Source of the DNA: Zygophlyctis sp. KS116
Lineage: Eukaryota; Fungi; Chytridiomycota
DNA length: 32,000 nt
Assembly: GCA_054661495.1 (NCBI GenBank)
Contig: BAAFSQ010000053.1
Span: 19,978 to 51,977 of the forward strand
Direction: 5' to 3'
Both the position numbers and the translations under genes were made by a program. Below the pieces are notes generated by a model. It was not told where the DNA came from, made no database searches, and saw nothing but the letters and a program-made list of their open reading frames with translations. This document shows, in pieces, positions 1 to 10,300 of the stretch (positions are counted from its first letter, which is position 1; every line of letters starts with the position of its first letter).

Positions 1-288
1 TTTGAAAAGAATATAGATCATGGAAGTCCAGAGTATCCTGCAGCATGCGAGAAAATCTTGGGATTTTTCCCAAAAGTTCCAAAACTCAAGAGTACTTTTA
101 AAGAATTTCATGGGAATGAACCGCCTTATACAACTATTTCAAAAGATTTTACTGGAGTCTTGGATTATATATTTATTTGGGGATCGGACATGGAAATTTT
201 TAATGTAAAGCAGATGCGTGAAATAGGAGAGATTCCTAATTCTCATTTCCCATCTGATCATGTCCCAATTGTGGCAACATTTTTATAA
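1..288 (+). CDS. 3' end of a CCR4/Ngl/PDE12-type EEP-family nuclease (5'-partial)
   Basis: Frame is open from base 1 and shows the EEP C-terminal motifs EPPYTT..FTGVLDYIF and IPNSHFPSDHVPIVATF*. Subfamily not resolvable. Confidence 0.85.
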   Translation, partial: FEKNIDHGSPEYPAACEKILGFFPKVPKLKSTFKEFHGNEPPYTTISKDFTGVLDYIFIWGSDMEIFNVKQMREIGEIPNSHFPSDHVPIVATFL

Positions 289-532
289 TTGAAATCTTAA
301 GACATAGATCAGTAGTTTGTAAAGCGTAATTACTATCCTAAAAAGTTGGATGAGTTACTAGAACATGAAGCATGCAATATATTTTCGGACAACTTTTAGT
401 TTCCTAATAACTGTATTTCAGATCTGAAACAGAAACATGATGAGTTATAAATTGAAACATGCCGTAACGGCAATAATGATTAAAGAATAAGGATGGACGA
501 TCACCATAATCTTAATCATAATTAAAAAATGA

Positions 533-757
533 TTATGAGTATGAGTAAATTAAGAAATTTTTATTAATCACTTTAATCACAATCACAGCTCTAAGCTTAT
601 AAAAATGACTGAGGATGATCAAATAGTGGAGAAGAAATAGAACAGCATAGTTCAGTAAATTCCGCAATAAAATCTTTTTATTTTCCAATTGTTTTTGATA
701 AGCATCCAATAGCTCAAGTCTTTTCTTGATTCTTTGTTGAAGTAGATACTTTGACAT
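533..757 (-). CDS. Possible small hypothetical protein (charged helical N-terminus, hydrophobic segment)
   Basis: 74-aa ATG ORF starting 38 bp from the divergent ATG at 796. No recognisable motif. Confidence 0.2.
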   Translation of the reverse strand: MSKYLLQQRIKKRLELLDAYQKQLENKKILLRNLLNYAVLFLLHYLIILSHFYKLRAVIVIKVINKNFLIYSYS

Positions 758-795
758 ATTAAAATAATTCTTCTTTCTTCGTCACTTCACAGGCC

Positions 796-1492
796 ATGAT
801 TACCCCCTATTACGTATTGGATTATAGTCAACTTTCGCTCATCACTATAAATCCGACAGGAAATTCACTTGTTGATAATTCCATATTGTCTCCAGTGATT
901 CGTTATAGATTTGGATCTATCAAACCTTACGAGAACTTACCAAGTGAAACAATTCGACTTTTAAGCAATGGCGTGCATAGAAACTTACATGTGGGCAAAT
1001 TATTCACGGTTGATCCTGAATCAACAGCTATAACAATCAATCTATTTGGTGGGATGCTTCTCCGCCTATAATTATAACCAGAATCAATCCCAATCCTGAT
1101 AAAATAGTTACATTTGCTGCCAACTGCGACGGTCAGGATCATACTGTTAGAATCAATCAATGGGATTGTTTTTTCACTACAAGTGCCGTCCGATCACAGG
1201 AAACAATTACCAGCAAGTTCTGAGTAGCAATGTCCTTTACAATGGGAACAAACAAATAGATTCCAACTTTGAAAACTGCTACAACTTCTTTTTCCAAAAC
1301 TTGCAAATGTTGCCCAATTCGGAATATACAAATCCTGTAAAGTATTTCAACATTCCTTCAAATCAAAAAGCATATACCTACCGTGCATTTTACACCGTTC
1401 AACGCAAGCAAACTACTACCGCACCTGTTCAATGCCCATTTGATAGTTGCTATACAACAGGATCATGGCCTGGTGATGAGCCATGCATATAG
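796..1492 (+). CDS. Hypothetical protein, probably multi-exon or disrupted; structure unresolved
   Basis: Two protein-like ORFs (796-1071, 1160-1492) in different frames. Candidate GT..AG sites lie between them, but I found no unambiguous in-frame join. Confidence 0.35.
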
Positions 1493-1611
1493 ATTTCTGT
1501 CGTTGAATACGATTTTAGAGTCTCAATACTATTGATTTCCTTGAGTGCAAACGTTATCAGCAAGTTTTTATGTTGACGATTGTGAGTTTGCGTTAGGTCA
1601 GCGCAGAAGAA

Positions 1612-1817
1612 ATGGGCATTGGTTTCTCTTCGGTAGATGTGCTAGACATTTGTAAAGAGGAATTACAAGCATCTCAAACATGCATGAAGAAGTGTAATTA
1701 TTCGAGAGATCGGTATATGGTGGAATGTAGGACAATCTTTCAGAAATATAGAGATTGTAAGAAAAAATGTGTACACTTATTTATATTTATGTAAAGAATC
1801 AAAAAAAGTTTGATTAG
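1612..1817 (+). CDS. COX23: Twin Cx9C (CHCH) mitochondrial intermembrane-space protein, Cox23/CHCHD7-like
   Basis: CKEELQASQTC...CRTIFQKYRDCKKK twin Cx9C. Probable 26-nt intron 1771-1796 gives the ending NQKKFD* (TAG 1815-1817). Confidence 0.7.
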
Positions 1818-3821
1818 ATTTGCAAAATTGAATTATATAATTCATGATAGACTTGCCAATGATAGACAAATAATTGTTTGCATTTGTTACCTAGAATATC
1901 GATTTCTTTTTTTAATGATACAAGCCCATGCTTTTGTAGTAATGATTCGTCCAAAAGGTTTCCATTAATAATGGTTGATAGGTGAACCTTGACTCGAGTT
2001 AAGATCAGGTTGTATAAGGCATCATTGGAATCTAGAGATTTGCTAATCATTGATGATAAAATAGAAGTTTCAGATATAGTCAAGGCGAATCCTCGAGTAG
2101 TTTCTATGAGATTTTTCAAGTCCAAAACTATATGTTCGACAGTGACATCTTCTTCATTAAGTAAAACCTTTTCACGAGATTTAACTTTTTCTAGTATTTC
2201 CATTGTACAATGCTTTCCTAACAATTGTTTGACAACCATTTGTAAAATTGAAACTATTCCAATATCTTGTATTTCACTGTGAAACCCTCTTATGCGATCA
2301 TGATCCAAAGAAAATGTCTCTGGAATATCACCATATGATAGCGTTGGTAATGATATTAATAGTTCCAAAAAAGAGTTTAAGAAAAGATCCCTAGTGTTTA
2401 ATTCTTCAGATGGAGTTCCAAAAGCGGCCATCCATTGAGCAGTTGCATCTAATCCAATGATTTCACAATCTACTCGATCTTTGAACCATTTCCATTCGAA
2501 TTCAACAGCCTTTTCCAATACAAATGGACGTAGACGGCTCATTTGATAATTGGCATAATCTAATTTCATAAGCTCTAAAAGCTCAAATAGATGTTGCATC
2601 GTTTTCCCAAAATCCCCCGATTTGCAAGTTTCAACCATGGCTTTTACTGTTTCATCTCTTATAGGAGCGCAGTGTCTGAGAAGTATCGTTCCAAGACTTT
2701 GGATTACAGTGAATGGGTTGAATACTCCATGAGTGAGCTGTTGAGATACCAACTTGACATCTACCCATTCAGAAATTTCTGTGACTATATGATCCGATTT
2801 TGGTAACAATTCCAAAAGTATAGTTTTTACTTCATGGAAAAGCAGCGGGACTCTATAAAAATGACCTTGAGCAACTTCATCTGAAAAATCTTTCCAAAAT
2901 TGAGCAGTAACTTCTCTTTTTGTATCTCCAGCTTCGCCTTCTTCAATATTTGGCTTGAATTTAAGATTAGGATCAAATACGAGATCATGTCTTATCTGAG
3001 CATTTGATACTATTTCTACAACATCAAGTTCTCTTAAAGCAAAATGATTAATTGCCGGTAATAATGGCAAAAGATCCATAAAACTTAACTCATCCAATTC
3101 CAAGAAAGTTTCTGGATCTAAAGATTTCGTCTCTTGGGCCTTTTCTGCAATACTTTCATTACACAGCAACCGATACAAATTTTTTGGAGATAAAAGAGGT
3201 AATTTATCATCATCTGATTCAAAACTTTCGGGTTCCAGCTCTGGTACATTTAAAGTACTACAAGAGTCATGTTCGAACAATTCCATTAAAGAATCTGAAA
3301 GAACTTGATTTAGTGTATTCATTTTTTTAAATTTCTGAATCAGTGCCACATTCCTTTGTATTAGCCCATTACAAAACTTACTGTACGTATTCAATTCTTG
3401 CAGTCCATTTTTCGATATTTGATTGTAAGAATGCCTGACGCTTAATAGAAGCTTTAGATTGAGCATAATCAATTTTAGCCTTGAGTTTGAGTCTCATTAA
3501 TTTTGATTTGTGAGTCATAATCATTTTCCTATACTGTAACTGATAATGCCTAGCTTTCAGCCGCTGTATCCTATCCATCATAAACTTGTCTCTTCTTTTA
3601 GAATGCATTGCACATTTCTGATTCAAGTCCTTTTCTGTGATTGTGTTTTTAGAGTGTTTCATGAAATGAGTGCATTTATGAGTATCCAATGCAATGTAGA
3701 ATGAAACTGATCTCTTTTCACCAGTAACAGCATGATCATGAGATTCTTTTGTACAAGATTGATCATTGCCAGTATATGTAGGGATCACTGATTGACTAAT
3801 GATGATATGTCCGGAATGCAT
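1814..3821 (-). CDS. SOK1: TCP11/Sok1 family protein
   Basis: NAQIRHDLVFDPNLKFKP, CAPIRDE, LELMKLDYANYQ and PETFSLDHDRI motifs. A 28-nt intron 3381-3354 (GTAAGT..GCTAAT..AAG) joins ORFs 3378-3821 and 1814-3472 in frame. Confidence 0.88.
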
Positions 3822-3845
3822 TTTTAAAATTTAAACCGATAGTGG

Positions 3846-3877
3846 CGTCTATAAATATGGGCTGCCGTCTATAAATA
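3846..3877. promoter_or_regulatory. Duplicated TATA-containing element (CGTCTATAAATA x2) in the SOK1/cyclin C divergent promoter
   Basis: Exact 12-nt direct repeat at 3846-3857 and 3866-3877 (20-nt period). Confidence 0.5.
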
Positions 3878-4017
3878 GAGAGAAGTCATTATATGCTATT
3901 TTTGATACCAAAGTCTATTTATGAAACAAGATGCTATTAATGGATTGTAGATTCTGCCCAATGTAAAGTGTTAAGTCGATGCGGGAGTCGTAGGTGAAGT
4001 GGATCGTTGATAAGCGA

Positions 4018-4699
4018 ATGGCTGCATTCTTTCAATCCTCAACTCACAGGTACATTTTAATCATTAAATCTTAGAGATCAATGGGTGATCAATAGGCCGT
4101 CCGGAATAATATCGGAGACGCTCGCATACATTACATTTATAGATCAACTTGCTGTAAGACTAAAACAAAGGAGAAAAATAGCAGCGACGGCAACTGTTTA
4201 TTTCTATAGAGTCTTTAAAAAACTATCCACTTTAGATTACTATTTGGTGTGCTGTACGTGCTTGTTTTTAGCGTCAAAGGTGGAAGAATGCCCAGCCAAT
4301 TTAAAAACAATGTTGATAGAGGCATCATGCTTGAAAATAGACTTGGTTGCAGAGATATCGGATGTCATTGATACTGAATTATTATTACTTCAGGAGTTGG
4401 AATTCTCCTTGATTGTGTTTCATCCTTATCCGCTTCTTTCTAGGTATTTAAAGGATATGGGACAATTAGAAATTCTGGATTTGGCTTGGAACGTGATGAA
4501 TGATTTATACAAGAGTAGTGTAATTTTACAGTATTCTCCTCACTCTTTGGCTCTTGGAGTTATATTTTTTTTATTGGTTTTCAAGGAATTAGAGATTAGT
4601 AATTCTTGTTGGTCAGACGAAAGGTTTAATTCTGTTGAAGCAGCATCAATCATTCAAAATTTACTCATTGTATACAAGGAAATGAAAGATTATAAATAG
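4018..4699 (+). CDS. SSN8: Cyclin C (Mediator CDK8 module)
   Basis: MAAFFQSSTHRDQW N-terminus via 25-nt intron 4050-4074. ATATVYFYR, CLFLASKVEECP and LIVFHPY cyclin C motifs. Confidence 0.88.
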
Positions 4700-4704
4700 A
4701 TGGA

Positions 4705-6588
4705 TTAAACTTCTTCTTTAGGTTTTTTACTAGCTGAAACATCTTCTGCTGATCCTGCTTTTCTCTTTAAACCAAACGTGATTTTTTCTCTTGGTTCAGT
4801 CTCTAACAAAGGTGCATTGCTTTGCTCAACAACTACAGGAGGTAATGGACGCTGGGCTGGAGCTTGAGTCTTTATCTTTTCAGGGGCAATAGTTGGAAGT
4901 TTAGCACTATGAATAAGTTTAATAGGAGACTTACGCTCTATTTCCAACACTAAGAGTAATGTACGCATTTCCAGACTGTTTAATAGTTTCAGAAACTATT
5001 TGGGCATTATTCATACTCACTGCTTCTGCTTGTTTAGCTTTTCTCTCTTCTTCAATTCTCTGTAATCTTTTTTCAGCCTTTTTCTTTCCAGGCATATGTC
5101 CATGAAATTTATGTGCAAGTTGTTTATAGGCCTGATAATTATAAAGATTAAAATACCTCTTTTGTATTGAGTTCTCTACCAAATTCATCATAGTATGCAA
5201 TTTTAACATCAGGCACATAATTTTTAAACTTTTCTTCTTTTAGTCTAATTTGCTCTCTTTCCAGTCTTTTAGCATCAATCTCTCTCTGTCTTTCCAAATC
5301 GCGACCAGATAATTTATGCCCACTAGCTCTTTGTTTTTCTCTTTCTTTTTCCCTTTCAGCAATTCGAAGTTTTTCTTTTTTGCGTTGTTCAACCAACCAC
5401 AATTCCCTTTCTCTCAATTTATTTGCTCGCTCTTGTTCTTCTGGGGATAATCTTTGAACTAGACCTTTTTGACTTAGTAGAGCAAGAGTTGCTCCAAGCC
5501 CAGAAGACACCAATGGCTCTGAATGAAAAGCAGCCTCTTCTTTAACTTCTTCTTCTTCAAAGACTTCTTCTTTTACGTCTTCTTCTTTGACATCAACCTC
5601 CATCTCTTCAAAATGAACTTTTCTCTCTCTTTCAATATTTTCAACTTTTTCAGCATTTTCAGCATTTTCAGGAATTCCACTATCCCCTAGATGAGAGGGA
5701 ATATCTGTAGCCATCTCTTCTTGTTTCACATAAACTTGTAAATCTTTTTCCAACTTTTCCACTTTTAAATCCTCTGTTGGACTTAAATTACCCAAATTCC
5801 TTATAAACTCTGTTGCTTCTGAAATCACCAACCCACCTTCATCCTCTGAAGATTCTTCATGTTGGTTTGAAATTACTTTTTTTTTAAAAAAAATATTAAA
5901 ATATACCATTTGCTACATACTCTGCACCCATTTTAACTTTTTCCTTTCTTACTTTTGAAATTGCATCTTGTAAATCATCATCATCTACAAAATCCCCAAT
6001 TATTTTCTTCTTATTTGAAGTAGATCCTTGCTTCAAATCTTTAAATTCTATAGAAAAATCCGAATCTTTCTTTCTTGATCTAATCTTTTTCTTCAACTTT
6101 TTAAAACTAGTATCATGATCTGTAACCATTTTCTTTTCCACAAAACAAGAAATCCCAGCTTCCTTTTCTTTAGTTTCTTGAATTTTATTAATTCTAGTGA
6201 CTGAAGCTGTCGAGATCTTGAATCCTCCAGTAATAATTTTATCATCCTCTTCATCATATTGACTTAGAATATTTATTCTCTGCCCAGGATTTTTAAATTC
6301 GTCATCATCTACTCCAGTATATAATTTCCCCTTGTGTACTTTTGTAGGAATAGAAGCATCAATTAAAACATCGTCTTCATCTTTAAGAATTTCAGAGTCT
6401 TTTAGAACCAGTATATGATCTTTTCCAGCCTGAAAATCATTGAGATCATGAGAGACTTGAATATCAATATTATCATTGTTTGCATTGGTAGAAGGAGTAC
6501 TTTTGGTATGAGTCGATTTAGCAATCTTTTGAGATTTAGCCTTTTGTCTCTGTATCCAAGCCAATGGATCGTCCAAGTGTTTGCTCAT
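4705..6588 (-). CDS. SNU66: U4/U6.U5 tri-snRNP protein Snu66/SART1
   Basis: ILVLKDSEIL, ILSQYDEE, GLGATLALL, YYDEFGREL and KEAYKQLAHKFHG motifs. Introns 5906-5876 (31 nt), 5156-5132 (25 nt), 4934-4907 (28 nt). Confidence 0.92.
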
Positions 6589-6610
6589 CCTTGTCAAATT
6601 TGTTCTTTGA

Positions 6611-7324
6611 ATGGATGAGATTCAAGTTGATTTCGATTTCTGCTCAATGCAAGAGTCCGATTACTTTGGTTTACTCTTTCTCATCAAACAGATCTTTGGA
6701 GAAGATGCAAAAGAGTTGGGCTTTCTAAGATTGCTGGTGCAAGTTGTGCTTGAATCAAACGGTACAGTCGTAAAAGTTGATGAGAGTGATCCTTATGCAT
6801 TAATGACAATTATTGATTTTGATCAAGATGTAAAGACTTACTTTAACAAGTCTGATCAGCTGTCCAAATATCTAGATAAGAGTTGTTGGTTGGTAAGTGA
6901 TCGGTTGATAAATATGCCGCCTCAACTTGTTCCAAATCTCATGAGATTGGTCTTGGATGATATTCAAATACAAAAGGAGTTTGTTGTCTACTTTTGTAAA
7001 ATGGGTATTTTATCATGGCCTTTTTTTAACATTTTAGGGAGATATGTTGAATCACCACTTGAATTAGAAGAATCAAATAATAGGCCTGGTAAAAAGAGAA
7101 GGATTGAAACTTCAAGTCAAGAGTTTTACTTTCAGCCAGAAGATGAAGTATTCCAAAAATATGCTATTGAAAAGTTTGATTTTGAATTTGATAAACAATC
7201 AATGTCTTCAGATGCAAAGAGAACTTTTCAAGATCAAGGAATTGTACCTTTTAGGAGAATTTTGATTCTGAAAAGTAACTTATTAAGTGATATTCAGACT
7301 GAATTAGTAAAGTTTTTGCAATAA
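6611..7324 (+). CDS. BCP1: Bcp1/BCCIP ribosome biogenesis protein
   Basis: IQVDFDF..DYFGL, LVSDRLINMPPQLV and YFQPEDE motifs. Probable stopless 33-nt intron 7005-7037. Confidence 0.88.
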   Translation: MDEIQVDFDFCSMQESDYFGLLFLIKQIFGEDAKELGFLRLLVQVVLESNGTVVKVDESDPYALMTIIDFDQDVKTYFNKSDQLSKYLDKSCWLVSDRLINMPPQLVPNLMRLVLDDIQIQKEFVVYFCKMGILSWPFFNILGRYVESPLELEESNNRPGKKRRIETSSQEFYFQPEDEVFQKYAIEKFDFEFDKQSMSSDAKRTFQDQGIVPFRRILILKSNLLSDIQTELVKFLQ

Positions 7325-7329
7325 ATGGC

Positions 7330-10300
7330 TTAGCCTTTTTTATCTAGAGCTTTTAATTCTGCATTCAAGGTGGATTCTTTTAAAGTTTCAAAGAGATTAC
7401 GTCGCTTTGAATTTTGAATTAATGCTTTCCAATCTTTACTCTTTGATAAAGTTTGAGAATTTCCAAGGACAATCATTGTCTTTTTAGCTCTAGTAAGAGC
7501 AACATTCTGTTTTTTTCAAGATTATATAAATTACCATTCTTCGAGTGTCAGTAATGAATCCAAGTCCTCCGCCTGCACGAACACAGCTAAGGATAATAAT
7601 GTCCTTTTCTTGGCCTTGAAATCCATCAACAGTCATGACATCTATACTTTCGGCTAGAGCACGATCCAGATGCTTGTTTAATTGATTTTTAATAGGACGT
7701 ATTTGGTCCCTGTAAAATGATATGATTCCAATCTTATTAATAAAATTAGTTTCTTCTTCAGATCGGCACAAGAGTTTTACTAATTTAGCACAAATGATTG
7801 CTTCTTCAATATTGAGTAGGGAATTACGTGACGTTTTTTGCTCTCTTCCAAACGAGATATCGATAAATCTATAAGCCCCAAAAGTCTTGAGTTTGTGCCA
7901 CGATGCTGTACACAAAGATAAAACATTAGGGCCATTAAATAATTGAGAGTCGTAAAAGTATTCGCTAGGAAATTGTGATATTTCTGGATGCATACGGTAT
8001 TGCAGACTATTTTTTAAACTATCAATATAATACTTTAATAAATGAACAGATTTTCTGTTTACATTCATGATTCTTTGAAACAAACTTTGATTATATAAAT
8101 ATTTTTGGGCTTCTTGTGATATGACAGTAGGAGGAAGCTTGTATATTAAATACTATTACTTGTAAAAATACCTGGTTTGGATCACCAACAAGAATGCATT
8201 TCTTAGCCTTATATTGCAGTGGTATCAAGCAACTGATCTCAATAGATTGACAAGCTTCGTCGATAATGACCTATGCTTAACGAAAAAAGAATTATACAGT
8301 GTCAAAATTCAAATCCCGTATTTCAGAAAACATTTCATGACCAGAACCACTAAGTGTACATAAAATAATATCGGCATTAGATACTAATCTGGCTCTTAAT
8401 TCTCTGCGGGCCTTTTCTAGAGCAGCATTCCCTCTCTCTTTTGAGGTCTTAATTTCGTCCAAATTTTTGTGAAGAGCTGTCAACTTTTTATTGATTTCCT
8501 TGACTTCATTTTCCAGATCAGCACCGCAAGCAGTTGGATCCTTTGAAATCCTCATTCGTATCGTATCACGATCATCATGTAAAGCGGATATTTCGCGTGA
8601 AATTCCATTCTTTCTTTCTTCTATTTTCAACATGTTAGATTCTGATGAAGAAACAGAATCTTTTAATCCTTTCTCCATTAAAGAATCCTTAAAATTAGTA
8701 TTTCATCCTTTAAATTACCAATGTGACGCTTTGAACGGAAGGGTGAACAGAAGCTTTGCCAAATCGAATGATATTCGGAAAAAATGTTTTCCCATATATG
8801 TCAAATATACCTGATAGCAAACGCCGGCAAATTTCATCAACTGCAGCATTTGATGGTGCACAGCATAAAATTCGATTATGATTTAACGGTAATGATTCAT
8901 TTACAGAGCCTGGAGTCGGAATAGCTCTAGACTTCTTGATTGAAGCACCTATTATCCCAAGAATGGTCTTAGTCTTGCCCGTCCCTGGTGGGCCTTGTAT
9001 CATTATAAATCCTCGGTTCTGTGTAGTTGCTGCAATTATAGCTTCAGCCTGGGGTCCATTAACCTTAAATGCACTCATTATTTTTGATGTTCTAGATTTA
9101 TCGACCTGAGGAACTGATATTTTAGTTGGATTGAGGATCTGGTAGCCAAGAGAATATTCTCCCAGCTTGACCATTGCTTCGTATTCTCGAAGAGATGGCG
9201 TAAGAGATGTTATTTTCTTTGCAGACCAAACATTGCTCCTTATAAACGAAAATCCAGGAAGATAAACATTCAACGTCATATTCTTCGTTTCAGGGGACCT
9301 TGAAGTGACTGACTTAACGCGAGCCAATGCGCCAGGATGTGAATCAGTTCCTGATGCCTTCCAGATCATCAGCACGTCATTATCACAGAGCTCAAGTTCA
9401 TATATGGCACTAGATTCGACTGAAAAGGTTACATCTAATTGTGAGAAAGTTTAAAATTAAAAATACCAATAAAATCACCAATATGTGAAACATGTTGAGT
9501 TTCTATTTCAGTCACACCATTAGATCTATGTTCTTTCCATTCTGATGTTAGCTGACCCCATAATTCCGTTAAAAACAATGGATAGAAAGAATCAAAGTAA
9601 GACTGATAATCAACGTAAGAATCTTTCGGACGTTCAAGGCAGCCTATGCCAGGAGGAGTTGCACTAGTACTATCGGCAATATTCCAGGATAGTATCTGAC
9701 GATAAAATTTATCAATATCATGCAATTTAATATGCTTCTTTTGAGAGGCTATCACGCTTACTGAGCTTGAAATGGGATTGAGTGAGGTAATATCCAAGAT
9801 TTTTGTGGAACGCTTTTCCTTGACTGGACTTTTTTCCGGACCAAGTTTCGGAGCTGGCTTCGTGATAGATGCAGAATCATTCATTCTGCGAGCTTCAACT
9901 CTGACACTAGAGTTGGAAGATCGAATTTCAGCCTTGATTTGGCTAAGTTTCGATGATGATTTCTGATTCAGAGCGGGGGTTATTTTCTTGGAATTTCTAT
10001 TTACTTGAAACGAACTTTCCTTTCGCTTCAAAGAAGAGGTAGCCAGGTCAGTCCAAGAATCTAAGCTTCCCCAATGCCTATTTTGCTTGACTACATTTGA
10101 AACGTTTGCAACATATTCAATCTTCTTATCTTTGGCCTTCTCCAAACGAGCTTCTGGATCACTATTTTGATCATCTTTCATAAACGGCACTCCTGCTTTG
10201 GAGAAGAAAGATATATACGATGATGTGACATCATTTCCTACACCAGAGGAAGGTAAGACGTTTTCTAGCATTTTTGACAACTTGACAAGATCTTCATTCT

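Noticed and set aside
289-795. Stop-codon reassignment or RIP suggested by protein-like text between stops
   Set aside because: Stop density is near random for this AT content, and TAA, TAG and TGA all terminate conserved genes in the window.
3354-3472. Programmed frameshift between the overlapping SOK1 ORFs (and similar overlaps elsewhere)
   Set aside because: Canonical mini-introns restore the frame in each case.
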